Positions 1-14,228 of a stretch of DNA of 64,000 bases are shown here, one piece after another. Origin of the DNA: Vicugna vicugna. Lineage: Eukaryota. The translations under genes were made by a program, and so were the position numbers. The stretch covers positions 9,134,184 through 9,198,183 of the forward strand of contig MU058844.1 in the NCBI GenBank assembly GCA_013265495.1, given 5' to 3'. Every line of letters begins with the position of its first letter. Position 1 is the stretch's first letter. Below the pieces are notes generated by a model, which was not told where the DNA came from, did no database searches, and saw only the letters and a list, made by a program, of their open reading frames with translations.

Positions 1-560
1 CTTTACTTTGACATCTTGACAAGTTATCTCAAACTTTGTTTCCAAAACCCAGTACTTGATTTTACCCCATCCTAATCCCAAATCTGTTTCTCCTAAAGAT
101 TCCCCCATTTCAATAAATAGCAACACTGTTCTTCTAATTGATGGCCAAAAACCTTAAAGTCATTCTTGAGTCCATGCTTTTGGTCACATGTCACATCTAA
201 TCCATTGAAAGAATATGGCCAGTTCTCACAACATTCACTGCCAATACTCTAGTCCTAGCCAGCATTATCATCCACCTGGATTATTACAAAAACCTCTGTA
301 ATTCATCTCTTTAATTTCATTCTTGATCCCTACAGTCTGTTTTTCACAAGAAAGCAGAGGGATCCTTTGAAAATGTGAGATCATGCCACTCCTCTGCTCA
401 GCACCTTCATAAGGTCCCCATCTCACCCAGAGTAAAAGCCAAAGTCCTACAGTGATCTCAAGAACCCACCTCATCTCAAGAATCTATGTCATCCTCCCGT
501 CCACACCCACTCTCATCTTGCTGTAGCCTAGTCAATTCTATCTACATGGTCCTTTTGAAA
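1..560 (+). mobile_element. Ancient LINE-2 fragment
   Basis: Degenerate L2 3' motifs (tctcaaactt...ccaaaaaccttaaagtcattcttga...ccatctcacccagagtaaaagccaaagtcct). Confidence 0.7.
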
Positions 561-889
561 ATTCTGTATCTATTTGTGTCTCCCAACCTTTGATTTTTTC
601 TGTTCCCTCTGTCAGATAAGCACATAATTTATGCTCTCATTCTGGGTCGTGGCGCAGACCATAATTAATTCCCTTCTATAAGCTTGACCCAAATACTGCA
701 TGTAACAATTTTTATTGTCTATCTAAAATTCAGATTTAACTCAGGATTCTGTATTTCATCTGGCCACTCCATCTGTAGGGAAATGGGAAGGAGAATGGAT
801 GCTGAGCAGGCAAGCATAAATTGTTCACTACAGGTGGTTAAGAAGGGTTTACATAAATCACCAGGATCGTGAGATTAACAGTTTGCCAG

Positions 890-1445
890 CAAATGTTTAC
901 ATGTTACTTCCCTGTTCAAAAACCTTTGATGACTCTCTGTCATTCTATTTAATACACAAAGTTCATTCTATTTCCTATGAAAACCTAAGGACGTCTTAAT
1001 GTATGCTGGCCTTCCCTTTCAAGTCTCATATCCTCCCATTTCTCCACAGCACGTGTCTTCTGCTGTGTGCACAGGATGACTCATAATGCCCCTGCAGAGA
1101 ATGCCTCCCTGCCTTTGCTCATGTAGCTTCCCCTTCCTGGAATAATTGCCCTCTCTCTTACTTCACTTGAAATATAATTATCTATTTTTAAAGGACCAAC
1201 TCAAAGAGTATCACAAAAAATATCTTCTTTCTGCTCCCATAATGCAAATATATAAGCAAAAAATAACTCTGTGGTGATATTTCATTGCAGTGCGTAATTG
1301 TTCCTTATTTCTGTGCCACTTCTCTACTTGATGGAAATTTTCTTAATGTCAGCATTATATCATCATATTAAAAATTCTAAAACCTAATACCTTCCATTTG
1401 GCACATAGTAGGTGCTCACAAAGTATTTGTTGATTAAATAAAATT
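890..1445 (+). mobile_element. LINE-2 3' end fragment
   Basis: Ends in L2 tail motif ggcacatagtaggtgctca...tatttgttgattaaat. Confidence 0.6.
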
Positions 1446-1544
1446 ATATGTTTAAAAAATTTTACCATCTGAGCCTTTATTACATTTGAAAACTAACAAT
1501 TTAAGTGTATCCAGCTACAATTTAAAAGAAAAAAAATGAAAGTC

Positions 1545-2620
1545 TTTTGTCTTAGGAAAATAATTTCTTGGTACAATACTAAAAGCACATAAAGGAAAAA
1601 ATGATACATTGGACTTCATTAAAATTAAAAACACTTACATTTGAAACAGCACCATCAAGAAAGTAAAAAGATAACTGACAAACTGGGAAGAATTATTCTT
1701 AAGTGTATAGCTGACAAAGTACTTGTATCATATATATATGGAATTCTCATAACTCAGTAATAAAAGACAAACAACTCAGTTAGTAAATGGGAAAATACTT
1801 CGGACATTTTGCAAGAGGAGATACACAAATAGCTAACAGGAACATGAAAAGATGCTCAACGTTGTTAGTCTCTAGGAACTGCAAATCAAAACCACAAGGA
1901 GATACTATTTCATACCTATAAGAATAACTATAATGAGTAAAGATAGTAACAAGTATTGGTGAGGATATGGGAAATTGGAACTGTCATGATGACTGGTGGG
2001 ACTGTAAAATGGTGTAACCACTTTGGGAAATATTTCTTCAAAATATTAAACATAGAATTATATGATCCAGAAATCCTGCTCCCAAGAATCTACCCACAAG
2101 AACTGAAAGCATATGTCCACACAAAGACTTGTACACAAATGTTCAGAGGAGCATTATTCATAGTATTCAGAAGGTGGAAACAATCTAAATGTCTACTAAC
2201 TGGTGAATATGTAAATAAAATGTAGTATATCCACATGATAAAATATTATTCAGCAGTAACAAGATATGAAATACTGGTAACATGCTACAACATGAATGAC
2301 TCTCAAAAACAAAAATGTTCAGTGAATAAAGCCAGTCGCAAAAGACTATTCTGTGATTTCATTTTTGTGAAAGGTACATGATATGCAAATCTATACTGAA
2401 GGAAAGTAGATTTGTGGTTGCCTAAGTCTAGGGGTTGGGGGTCTGCTGTAGGTAATTGTTAATGGGCATGAGGTTTTTATTAAGGATGGTAAGGATTTTC
2501 TCAAGTTAGATTATGTTGATAGTTACACAGCTCTTTACTAAACACCGTTGACATTCACACTTTAAATGGGTGAACTTTATGGCATGTAAATTAGATCTCG
2601 ATAAAGCTATTTAAAATAAG
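1545..2620 (+). mobile_element. Old L1 (L1M-type) ORF2 3' end and 3' UTR
   Basis: ORF 1956..2225 is a decayed L1 ORF2 C-terminus (YPQELKAYVHTKTCTQMF...WKQSKC); typical L1M 3' UTR follows. Confidence 0.85.
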
Positions 2621-4345
2621 CATTGGGTTTTCCTTTAATTCATTCATTTACCAGTTAGATTAAAATGCCATAATTTATTTTAAAGACATATCAAAATACT
2701 AATGATTTGGAACAAAAGTTATATGTTCTTTTTTTGAGATATAGATCACAAGTTTAATATGACTATTCTACTCTGAAATTATGAAAACATAATAAGCTCA
2801 CCACAAAATGTATTTACAGTGATTTAAGTGGATGAAATATTACACATTTTTAAACATAAAATATTAATATATACTTCAGAAAAAAATGAGAGTTCGTAAT
2901 TTTCCATGAGTAGTCCTAAATTCCAAAGTAGCATAAAGATTATGCAGTATAGTACACATCAATTATGTAACGGTATTGAAGAGGTTAACATTCTGAAAGT
3001 GTTCTATTTTAGTTGTCTCATTACTGTTTATATTTACTTAAATTTCTCTTACCTTGAGCCCATTAAAAATATGCAATTTTTAGACTAGATTTTAATGGAC
3101 CTCAGGTGCACAAAATTAGAACAATCATTTTTCTAATTAGAAAATGAACATCATTCAGTTGCACTGAACAAATATTTGTAGAATTTATGTATGTGTATCT
3201 ATACATATGTATGTATATTCACATATCTACACACACACTACATTCTTAGTACTTGTCTATATCATACAGCATATGTTATTTTATCTTATTGATTTATATG
3301 TTCCAATTAAAAGTAATATGGTAAAGGGACTGAGTTGGAACTTCAAAATTCTGCATTTTAATTCAAATCAGCTTCATGGAAATTCCCTAAGTTTAAGTTT
3401 CTCCAAAGTTCTTAAGGATTCAAATGTTACATGTAATTTTTCAATCACATAAAACATTTTTCAAAGCATTTATTTTCTAATGATTTTTGTAGTTTCTAAA
3501 ACTTTGCCATTTTTAGTTGACTAGAGGAAATTCTCAATGTGAGGAGGTAGAAGCTCTATTAAAGCTTACGCTTCCTTTGTTACACATGAGTGGTATACAG
3601 AGTTAGAAGGTATTTGCTATTATTACAGAAACCCTGTAATATCATTCTTCAGTTATCCCAAACTTGGACATAATTGATTGGCAGTTGGCTCTAGCCTTTC
3701 TCCCTAAACCAGTTCTCAGTTGCTGTCTAATGAATATAAACTGGCTTTTCTCAATTCAATGTACAGATAATTGTGTCATATATAAAGATCACTATCAATG
3801 TTTTTGAGATTTATGTCCACAAAAACTGTCCAAAATGTTGTTTCCTTATTAGCTTCACAATAATACTGCTCTGAGTTGTATGTGGTATTGCTCGTCTCAG
3901 CGGAGAGGAGTAACTTTGCAAGGGCAGTTCTCTTCCACTAAGAGTGATTCCCAGGCCAGTTCTCAGCTCTGATCGTTCAGCAAGCGGCCATCCCAGCAGC
4001 TAGAGGAATCAAGACACTGAAGGAGGATCTGATCAACCAATCTCTGGATCCTCTCCAACATTCGCACCTATTTGTAATACTTCTTTTACTATATTAGAAG
4101 CTTATCACTTGCAATACAAAAATTCAGTAGTATCTTCAAAGTATTAGGTCTGCAGATCCAACTGATATCTCAAGATACTATCTCAAGATTGACTCTTACG
4201 TAATTTTGATTTGCCCAGTTGTTTCTCCACGTGTTAGGTGACTGGATTTATCAACACCCCTTGCCATTAGTTTGCGTTCCCATTCTCTCTGTTTTATCTT
4301 TCTCACTGCTTTTGTGGTGCTTTCTATTCTCCCCCTTTTCTTCTA

Positions 4346-5518
4346 CAGTCAGTTCTGTCTAATATGGCATTTGTGTTCCTAAAAATACTGAGTTATGCAA
4401 AACCGCATAATAAAAAACACAGAGCTTATGGGGGGAAAGGTGTTGAGGCACAACACTACAAACTTTATTACTTACTTAAAAAAGAGATATGTCTGAAGGT
4501 CTGTTTCTATTTTGTACATGAGTTATTAGTGTCCTCCTTTTTTTTTGTTTTCTAAAATTCCACATATGAGTGATATATAATATTTTTCTTTCTTTTTCTG
4601 GCTTACTTCACTTAGAATGACGATCTCTAGGTCCATCCATGTTGCTGCAAATGGCATTATTTTATTCCTTTTTACAGCTGAATAGTGTTCCATTGTATAA
4701 ATATACCACAACTTCTTTATGCAGTCATCTGTCAGTGGACATTTAGGTTGTTTCTGTGTCTTGGCTATTGTATATAGTGCTGACATAGTAAACAATCTTA
4801 TGATTACCAGGAGAAAGGGAGTGGGAAGGGATAAATTTGGGAGTAAGAGATTTGCAAATTTTAGCAAATATATAACAATAGATAAAAAAAATTTCTTCTG
4901 TATATCACAGATAACTATATTCAATATATTTTAATAACCTTTCATAAAAAATGAAAATTAATACATGTATGTATATGTATGACTGGGACATTGTGCTGTA
5001 CAGCATGAATTGACACATTGTAACTGACTATACTTCAAGTTTTTAAAAAAGATAGAAAACTAATAAAATGATTGCACAGTTTTACACATGTTGAATGGTT
5101 AAGAATTACATAAATGCTAATATAAAATCAACTCTTTACCTTTAAAAAGATCTGGACTTGGCTTATGGGAGTGGGTGTCAGAAGGATTATAGCTGTGAGT
5201 TATTGTGGAGTGGTGGAAAGAGGAGTATCTGAAATCAGGCAGGTGGTACAACACGGAAATGGGTGAGTTGACTCAGAGCTCTCCATGAAATGTGAAACTG
5301 GCATTAGATGTTTGAGAAGTGTGCATATGTGCATTTTGTATATTCCTACATTGCTTGATTCAGCTAGGTCCAGTTTTCTGTGTTCAGCTGCTGTTTCTCA
5401 GGAATGAAATCATACACAAGAAAACACAAAAGTTAAATTATGTTCAAATTATTTCTTAATGTATCAATCATGTTTCAAATTCACGTTTTCCAAACAAGCA
5501 TCCTAATAAAATTGACTG
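4346..5518 (-). mobile_element. Tigger-family (Tigger13a-like) DNA transposon interrupted by an L1 insertion
   Basis: TA|CAGTC at 4344-4350 and GACTG|TA at 5514-5520 give inverted ends with TA target duplication; internal sequence resembles Tigger13a from memory. Confidence 0.7.
4489..5050. mobile_element. Truncated L1 with 5' inversion (minus segment ~4489-4781, plus segment ~4782-5050)
   Basis: Minus-strand ORF 4526..4924 contains the L1 ORF2 C-terminus (KIMPFAATWMDLEIVILSEVSQ); the plus segment is 3' UTR ending in an A-rich tail. Confidence 0.8.
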
Positions 5519-5723
5519 TACTTTTGTTTTTTGCTTTTTCTCCATAGTTTCCTGTTTCTACCTGATTGTGATCTTTTTCTCTTAGCATCTGTTTCTCCCT
5601 AGTTGCTGCACTGTCTTCACTGCAAAACTTCTCCAGTTCACCTAGGCTGTAGGGCATCCTTCTGAAGACATGGGTCACTCTGGTTTCCAGGCAGCCCTTT
5701 CAAAGAGAAAAATCAACCTCAAA

Positions 5724-5931
5724 TTATTTAAACTCTTTTAGCCTCCCTCCTGTGGATTGTGTGCACTCATGACTTTTATGTTGATAGCAATATAGAAGTC
5801 GAGACTTTTCTATGCTATACCTTTGTTTATTTAAACTCTTTTAGCCTCCCTCCTGTGGATTGTGTGCACTCATGACTTTTATGTTGATAGCAATATAGAA
5901 GTCGAGACTTTTCTATGCTATACCTTTGTTT
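5724..5931. repeat. Perfect 103-bp direct tandem duplication
   Basis: 5726-5828 is identical to 5829-5931 on base-by-base reading. Confidence 0.95.
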
Positions 5932-6456
5932 CACCTGGGTCAGATTCACAGCAAGAATAACCTTCTTTAAAAGGAAAGTGTTGTGTAAGATCTTTTGCTG
6001 AGTATCATTGAAAATGAGACTTGCAAATACACAAAGGATCTTGAACAAAAATCGAAAATACTGTATAGTTTCTGGGCCCTTATTTAGTAATAATATGCTG
6101 TATTACATAAATATAGTATTATTTCTTTATAATAAATTGTATATATAATTGATAAAAATAGTTGCCACTTATTGAATGTTTAGGATACATCCATGTTTTC
6201 TGCTAAACTGTGTATAATGTACATACAGTAGCTTCCAGTTCAAATGCATCTATTAGCCTATTTGAAAATTACGGATCTACCTATATGTTTTAATATCAAT
6301 TAGTAGTTTTCTCAGAAACTTAGTTTTCCTCCAAGGCGAGTTCTCTTAGAAGTTTCATTTCTCAGTGTGAAATCTTTTTCTGTCTCATTTCTTTAAGTTC
6401 ATGAATTGTAAAGATGAAGAAAGTTCTAAGTGCCATTTCTTTTTCTTTTCCTGCAG

Positions 6457-6678
6457 CGTTTGTCCAATGGTTCTATAGACTCCACTGATGATACAAGTCA
6501 AATAGTTGAGCTACAAGAATTGCTTGAAAAACAAAACTACGAAATGGCCCAGATGAAAGAACGTTTAGCAGCCCTTTCTTCCCGCGTGGGAGAGGTGGAG
6601 CAGGAAGCAGAGACAGCAAGGAAGGATCTCATTAAAACCGAAGAAATGAACACTAAGTATCAAAGGGACATTAGGGAG
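6457..6678 (+). CDS. PPFIA2: Liprin-alpha-2 coding exon (RLSNGSIDSTDD...YQRDIRE), 222 nt, phase 0-0
   Basis: Pyrimidine tract plus ctgcag acceptor; GAG|gtaagt donor; lies within ORF 6430..6693. Confidence 0.96.
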
Positions 6679-7409
6679 GTAAGTGATTCGTAACACTTTC
6701 AGTCTTTGCTTCCTGAATTCTGCCTCTGAGATGCTTTTGCTATAATTTCCCCTAATGGCACACACTCTTCACATTTTCTCAAAAGATCATATTTGGGATG
6801 CATTATATTAGTCATGAAACTTGTTCGCTAAGGCAGAAATAGTTTCCTTTATCACCTCTTTAAATGTGTATGCATAGAAAATGTTGGTACCAAGTCTTAG
6901 ATGTAATAAAATCTACAGTTTTTAATGAATCTCTAACATTTTTAAACTGTTAATTTTAAATAACCTTAAATTATTTGGGTATGAATAATGAATTGCTATA
7001 CTCTTAGCATATGGGAATGCTCAAAGACATAACTTAAAATTTTTCCCTCTTATTTTGATTTTGTGTTTATGAATGTGAATGTATATCTGTGAAAGTGGGA
7101 ACCTTTATATATTCAGTTCTTGCTAAACTTAGCATCACTTCACCTGTTTGAAAACAGGGTACTTAGAAGTTATTACAAAAGTTACAAGGAGATGTTTTAT
7201 TCATAACATTTCTGAATCATCTTACCAGCTAAGGTGAAAAGTTTCAAGTCTTTTCACTTTATCACTCTATTTAATTAAAAAGAAAATTACCTATATTTAT
7301 GAAAATTATATTTTGTGACTTTTCACCTGTTTCATTTTTACATGTTCTTTTAAATCATATATTTTTTTATCTTGTGTACATCATTAACTAGTTATTGGAT
7401 TTGACTCTA

Positions 7410-8670
7410 TGTATCCAATTCTTCATATTCTCCCCTGAGCCCATTTTATCATACTTTTGCCTCCACAATCCCATCAAAACTGTTCTTATCCAAGGCATTA
7501 GTGACCTCCAAGTTGCTAAACCCCAAGTGTTATTTCTCAGCCCTTTGAAGCCCTTTGATCTAATTACCACCCCGGGTGTACTTCTTTACTTGGCTAATAG
7601 CACAATAAATACACTCTCCTAATGTTCCTCGGTTTTTGCTTGCTACCATCATGTCAGGCTCCTTCACTGGCTTTTCTTCCCCTCCTCAACTTTGGAATGC
7701 CTTCCCTCCTCTATCTACATTAACTCCACTGGTAAAGTCATGCCATTCCATGTTTATGATTCCCAGTTTCTATATCCAGCTTATCCTTCTCTTCTGATTT
7801 CCACATGCCTGTATCTACATCTCTAATAGGTATCTCAAATTAACATCCTCAAGACTAATTTCCTGATATTCCCCCAAAAGCCAGACTTAACTCACAGTCT
7901 TACATACCCCAGCTGATGGTGACTCATTATTGGCACTCAGACCAAAAACCTTGGGACTGTCCTTGGTGCCTCTCTTTTACACACACTGCATTTGATTCAT
8001 CCATAAATCTGTTACTTCCAACTTCAAAATATATCCATCATATGACCTCTTCTCACAATCTTTATGGCTCTTCCGTATTCTACACAACTATCATCTCTCG
8101 TAGGATTATTATAACAGTCTGTATTCAACACAGATGTCTGAGTAAGCTGTGTAAGTCAGCTCAAGTCACTTTCTCCTTAAAACTCTTCAGTGGCGACCTG
8201 TTCTAGTCACGGTAAAATCAAATTCCTTGCCGTAGTCTACAGCCACGTATGATCCCCACTGCCACCCTCTGGCTTCTCTGTGCTCATCTGCTACTCTTTC
8301 GTTTTAGCCCACTCTGTTCACTTACTGTGGCCTCTTAAGCCAGACCTATTTTGTTGCATTTTCTTTTTCTTCTGACTTTTACTCAAATGTTGCTTGCTCC
8401 GTGTTCCCTAACCATGGCATTTACACACAGGCACTCTCCCTCTTCCTTCTTTTTTTTTTTAATCTCACAGTAATTGCAACCATCTGACACAATATGTACT
8501 TTACTGACATACTTTTTAGTTGTATACCTCCCTCTCCACTGTGCATAAAAAGTCATAAGAGCTGAGATATTTTGTTTTGTCTCATTTTGTTCATTGCTCT
8601 GTTTTGATCCCCAGCACAACTATTGAGCATATAATAGGTACTCAAAAACCCTTTGTTGAAAGAATGGATA
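7410..8670 (+). mobile_element. LINE-2 fragment including 3' end
   Basis: L2 motifs (gacctccaagttgctaaacccc, tatctcaaattaacat, ccaaaaccttgggactgtccttg) and tail ataggtactcaaaa...tttgttgaa. Confidence 0.75.
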
Positions 8671-9497
8671 TTTATGGGCTTGGATGAAATGAGAACATGT
8701 ACCCAAACAAAGCCTGCTATCTCAGAATGAGATAGATGATGCATAATGTTCTATGGCTGCACAGATAATGGTAGTGTGCTCTAGATCTACACCTTTATGT
8801 GAATTAACAGGTCATGGAAGTATCTCTCATCTTCACTCCTCCCACAAACGAAACTCAGAGAAATTATAAAGTAGATGAAGTTTAATCTCTCTTCTGTATC
8901 ACTGTTAAGGAAAACTAGAATTTTTGGCTAGTAAACCACCAGGACCATTTCTTGAGCTTTTGCTCATTTTCTATTTCTTCATTCTTAGTCCTAGAGGTTT
9001 AGCTGTTTTTCTTTTACTTAACACTCACCTATTCCATTAATGCTTGTTTAATCCAGTGTCATTTGCAGGTAGAGCCCAGTGTCTCCACCTTCTCCTTTCT
9101 TGTTGTCTATGTTAAAATGACCCTTTGATTCTCATAATCTTTGGTGTAGGTGACAACCAGCTAAATCAGATGGGAAATATCAATCATCTGATGCCAGAAG
9201 TTCTTTTATTAGGAATCCTCTCTAATAGGTAAAGTGTTCTGTTTTCACAAGGAATTCTTGTAAAATACAACTGTTCTCATCAGGTCTATAATTTCTGTGT
9301 AGTTACATTTTAGGAGAAGAATGTCTCTCATCATTCACCTCTGAAGGGAGGATGCAAACACAAATGCTTTCAGAGCCAGGCAAGCAATATAAATGTGGGA
9401 AGTGCCAAATGCATAGTAGGAAGTGATAAAATTAACGGGATCTGAACAAAGAGCCTGCACTACTCTGCCTGCCTATATAGTCTGGATGCATCACATT

Positions 9498-9532
9498 TGT
9501 GTGTGTGTGTGTGTCTGTGTCTGTGTCTGTGT
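9498..9532. repeat. (TG)n/(TCTGTG)n microsatellite
   Basis: Seen directly. Confidence 0.9.
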
Positions 9533-11784
9533 TAGGGACATTGTGAAAGCCGAATAAAATATTCAGGTCACAGGCCATGGGACCCTGGCTTGCTACTAGA
9601 AATTTCTTGAGGACCAACCATGAAAACTATTATAAGTGCATTATATTTATCTAATTTCTTCTGTCCTCTAAGGAAGGTACTTGTAATTACCCCAATTTTT
9701 GTCAGGTTAGGTAAAGTGACTTGTCCAAGGCCTATCCACTACTGTCCCCAACACACCACTTCCCTCACCACTCCAAGCACCAGGAAGAATACAGGATCAG
9801 CAGGACTTCAAAACCTGTGCTTCTTCCACTACAAGCAGTTTCTAAAGTCAACAAGATACAACCATTTATTCAGCGATAGCAACTCTCATAAAAATTGCTG
9901 CTGCACTATGACTCCTTCCTAAATAATCAATCTTTTGATCTTTCTTTCCAATAAGCAAGAAAATGTGAAAATCATATCTGTTAAAAAGGTATCATGTAAC
10001 GCTCAAAACTCCAGACTCTGCTTTTATTTTCTCGAACAATAATGTTTTCTTGGGCTGTGGTCACACAAAGTCTATTAGATTGCAAGCTTTTCTATAGGAA
10101 AAAAAAAGTGATTGTTCTTGCTTCCCCTATGACATTCCAGCACTGTATGATTTATGTATAATATAAGCAATAAATATGTATTGAATTAATTAAGGGAAAA
10201 ATTAGAGAACAGGAAAACCTGATCATATAATTAAAAACTGAAATGCTTTTTGCTATGCATATGCATAGTCTAATATATCTCAAATAAATTTTACAAATAT
10301 ATTTCATTAATGGTTTCAGAGTACATTATTGTAATTATTCTTTGTCAAGAAATAAATCTATTCAAAATGTACTTTGAAATTTTGTCTCACACTCCCCCCA
10401 CCCCCAACAACTGACTGTGACCTGTTGGAGTAGAGGACTGGATTAAAGCTTGGCATAGTACACATATTGCAAAATACAGTCCATCTCATAGCAGAGGTTT
10501 AGTTTAGCTCTCCACTTTTTAATCAAGAAGGCTACTAATTAGGTATTGGATAATATTATCTCTTGAAATAGGTATATATGCAAAGAGTTAGAATTTTCTG
10601 TGAAATATTTCAATTCTGTTTTGCTTTGTGAATAAAATCAGCTTTTCTTTTCAACTTCTTATTAAGAGCTCTTTGAATGTTCACTAGGTGATTCAATGAA
10701 TGAATACATATCAATTTTGTCTTTTGTGAAACATGGAGTTATGTTTTTCACTTTACTAACTTTAACTTACTATAGAATGATATTCATTTGACAATAAAAT
10801 TCAGTTTCTACATAAACTTCAGGTCAAGAGAAAATTAAATCTTCACGCAGCTCTTCCCACCCCCACCCCCCTTTTTTTTAGGCAGCAGTTTTCAGGAACT
10901 AGAAAAAAAACTTTCTGTTTTAGAATTTCCAAGTGACACACAGGGAAAAGATACTGCTCCAACTTGTAAATTCAAATTTTATTTTTGGCAATGCAGCCTG
11001 CAGTTAAAAACTAAATCTCCCACTGAATCACTGAATTAAAAATGCAATACCAAAGTCACATCCAGTGACTCCTACGTGTAAGGTATGCCATAGAGTCAGG
11101 TCAGCTAATTATAGGTATGGTAATAATTATGATAGACCAGAAGATATTATTTCCTGAGTGTGTATTGTACACGAAACACCATGCAAAGCACTTCAAATAG
11201 TATATCATAACAATGTTATGTAGTAGATGTTCACATCCCAACCAGAAACTAAAAAAAAAAGAAAGAAGAAAGAAGGTGAAATGTAGAAAAGTTAAGCAAC
11301 ATTTGCTCGTAACAGAGTTAATAAGTATCAACAACTCGGATTTAAAGCAAGTATGCACTTCTTCATGCTCATGATCTGAAGAAATATGTGTATACCTTTA
11401 ACAAATTTACTGATTTTATAATTTTGTAACAAGTTTATCTGTTGTAGGCTAGATTTAGAATTTTCCCTTGGGCTACCAAAGCTGACATAACATTCCCAGA
11501 GTTCTGTATGAAAATGAAATTAACAATACAATATTAACAATTGTAATAACTCTGAAGGAATCCTCTAAGATTGAAAACTGTAACTGCATTGGGATAAAAA
11601 ATAGAGGAAATAGAAAAATTCAAAATTTAAAATAAAAGATTTTTAAATAGTAGCTTTTGTTTGGATGGCTGAAAGCTAGGAGTATGTATATAATTTTGAT
11701 AAAAAAGATTTAGTTTGGATAATTTTTGCCAAATTGATGGATTAATTGAATTTCATACATTTGATCATCAGTATTAACATACTG

Positions 11785-12048
11785 CTGGCAATGCTTGGTG
11801 TTCTTGGGTAGTGGCAGTATGACAATCTCTACCTCCCTCTTTGTGTTGCAGTTTTCTCTATATATCTCTGTCCCTAAATATTCCTCTTCCTTGTAAGAAC
11901 ACCAGTCACAGGATTTAAGGCCCACCCTATCCTGTATGATCCCATCTTAACTTGATTACATCTATAAAACCTTATTTGCAAATAAGATTACATTCCTAAG
12001 TCCTAGGTGAACATAAATTTTGCCAGGGACACTATTCAACCCAATACA
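11785..12048 (-). mobile_element. MLT1-type (MaLR) LTR fragment
   Basis: Motifs aagaacaccagtca...ggcccaccct...catcttaacttgattacatct...ggacactattcaacccaataca. Confidence 0.75.
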
Positions 12049-13620
12049 TAAAGACAGGTAAGTGTCAGGCCATGAAGCTACTTGTTTTCAAGGCCTTGTA
12101 GCTCAGATTTTACACTGAGGATGGAGGGGAACAAAGGTATTTAAGCCTAGAAGCAGATTGGCCAACAGGTTAGGAATAAGTAAGGAGGAAAACAGACTCA
12201 TAGCAAGACAACAGATTAGGCTATTAAGTTAGGAGTTAAAGTGAAGGAGTTTTCTTGGATGATGCTAAATTTCTGTACAGAGTAGTGTCATTCCTTAGTC
12301 AAGTAATACAAGGCAGGGGTGGGTACCCAGAGAGACTGAGGACAGCATGATGAGTTTCGTTGTAGAATATGACTTTTTAATTAGTTTTAATTTTGTAAAT
12401 GTACATAGTTTTTCCAAGTCAAATAATATCAAGAGTATACAAAGCTAAACACACACACCCACAAAACACATACATGTACACAAAGCCTCCACCCACCTGC
12501 CATTTCACCTTCCTCAGATTCTTAATTTCAACACTCTTAGCCATTATTTCTGGTATTTTCTCTCTTATTTAAACTTAATTTATGTCTTGCTATTCTATTA
12601 TATGAGGATTTTAGCTCTCTTATTCTCTCCCTTTCTTTCTCTTCCTCCCAACCTTCCACTATAATTATCTCAAAATCACATTCAGCGTTACAGTTATTAT
12701 GACTAAGTAAATAGTTTTCACAGATGATCCAAGGAGTAGTTTTCAATGATAATATTTTCTTTTGTACAGCTTTATGTTTTTCCAGGATTTCATTAATTAC
12801 CTGATAAATTAATTTGCTTACTTATGCTTAAAACTAAGTAAACCTTCCCACTCTCTCCAACAGTTTGGTAAAATTTCATAATTTCAGTTCAGTTATGGAC
12901 ATTGGTCAAGCAGATAATTTATCATTCTTACTTTTATTTCCTTTGAACTATCCCTTTTTCTTCTGCCCTCTTCTTCAGATCTGTACCAAATTTTTCATAA
13001 GCCTGTTTCATTCTTTTCAGCTAGAGTAATGGGATTTACCTCTCCTACCACCGTGAAAATCCAGGAGAAAAAAGCGACCAAGATCCCTAAAGTGGAAGCA
13101 GCATAAAGGCCAGAATACAGATAATGACTAAACTTGAGGGAAGGTAGAACACCTGTTCTGAACTGAAAGATAGAGGTTAAGGATTTGTGTGCATGTGATT
13201 AAATTTGTAGATGTTGGTGAGAGAAGATCAGGAAGCTGAAGTCCTGTCCATTCTAATATTTCTGGAAAACTGGAAGTGAATTTATCTGCTCTGTGGGTGT
13301 GGCAGGATTGACTCTGGATTCTGGAGGAGAGTAACAAAGAGACTGATTAGGAATAAGTGATCAAATAAATCTGGGTAGTAATATATGGAAGCCACCACTA
13401 TCTCCTCAATTGCAGGATCCTTATGCAAAGAAGCGTCACACATTATCACTTCTGTAGGTGACTTCTCAACATCTCAAAAATATAGATTACCTACTTATAA
13501 ATTCCCATGTAAGCTATTAGGAAGATAAAATCATCTCCATGCTATCTATGAATTGTATGGTTTAAATTATTGCTTACAGTCTTATTAATGCCATAGTTTT
13601 ACTCCATTTGCACTGATAGT

Positions 13621-13703
13621 ATTTTTTAAATTGAAGTATAGTTGATTTATAGTGTTGTGTTAATTCCTGCTATACAGCAAAGTGATTCAGTTTTGTGTAT
13701 ATA

Positions 13704-13745
<42 letters not shown>

Positions 13746-14228
13746 TCTTTTTCAGATTCTTTTTTATTATCAGTTATTGAAAGATATTGATATAGTTCCC
13801 TGTGCTATACAGTAGGACCTTGTTGTTTATCTGTTTTGTATATAGTAATTTGTATCTGCTAATCCCAAACTCCTAATTTATCCCTCCACCTTTTTCCACT
13901 TCAGTAACTGTTTTCTTTGATTGTGAGTCTATTTCTGTTTAATAATAATAATAATAAATGAGTAAATAAGTTTATTTGTATCATCTTTTAGATTCCACAT
14001 ATAAGTAATATCATATGACATTTGTCTTTCTCAGTCTAATTTAGTATGATAGTCTCTAGGTCCATCCATGTTGCTACAAATGGAAGTATTTCATTCTTTT
14101 TTGCGGCTGAGTACTATTCTGTTGTGTATATATACACCACATCTTCGTTATCCAGTCATCTGTCAATGGACATATGGATTGCTTCCATGTCTTGACTATT
14201 GTAAATAGTGCTGCTATGAACATTGGGG
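13621..14228 (-). mobile_element. 5'-truncated L1 3' end with internal (TG)n and 16-bp target-site duplication
   Basis: CATTTGCACTGATAGT at 13605-13620 and 14229-14244; L1 3' UTR and ORF2-end motifs (ggtccatccatgttgct). Confidence 0.9.
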
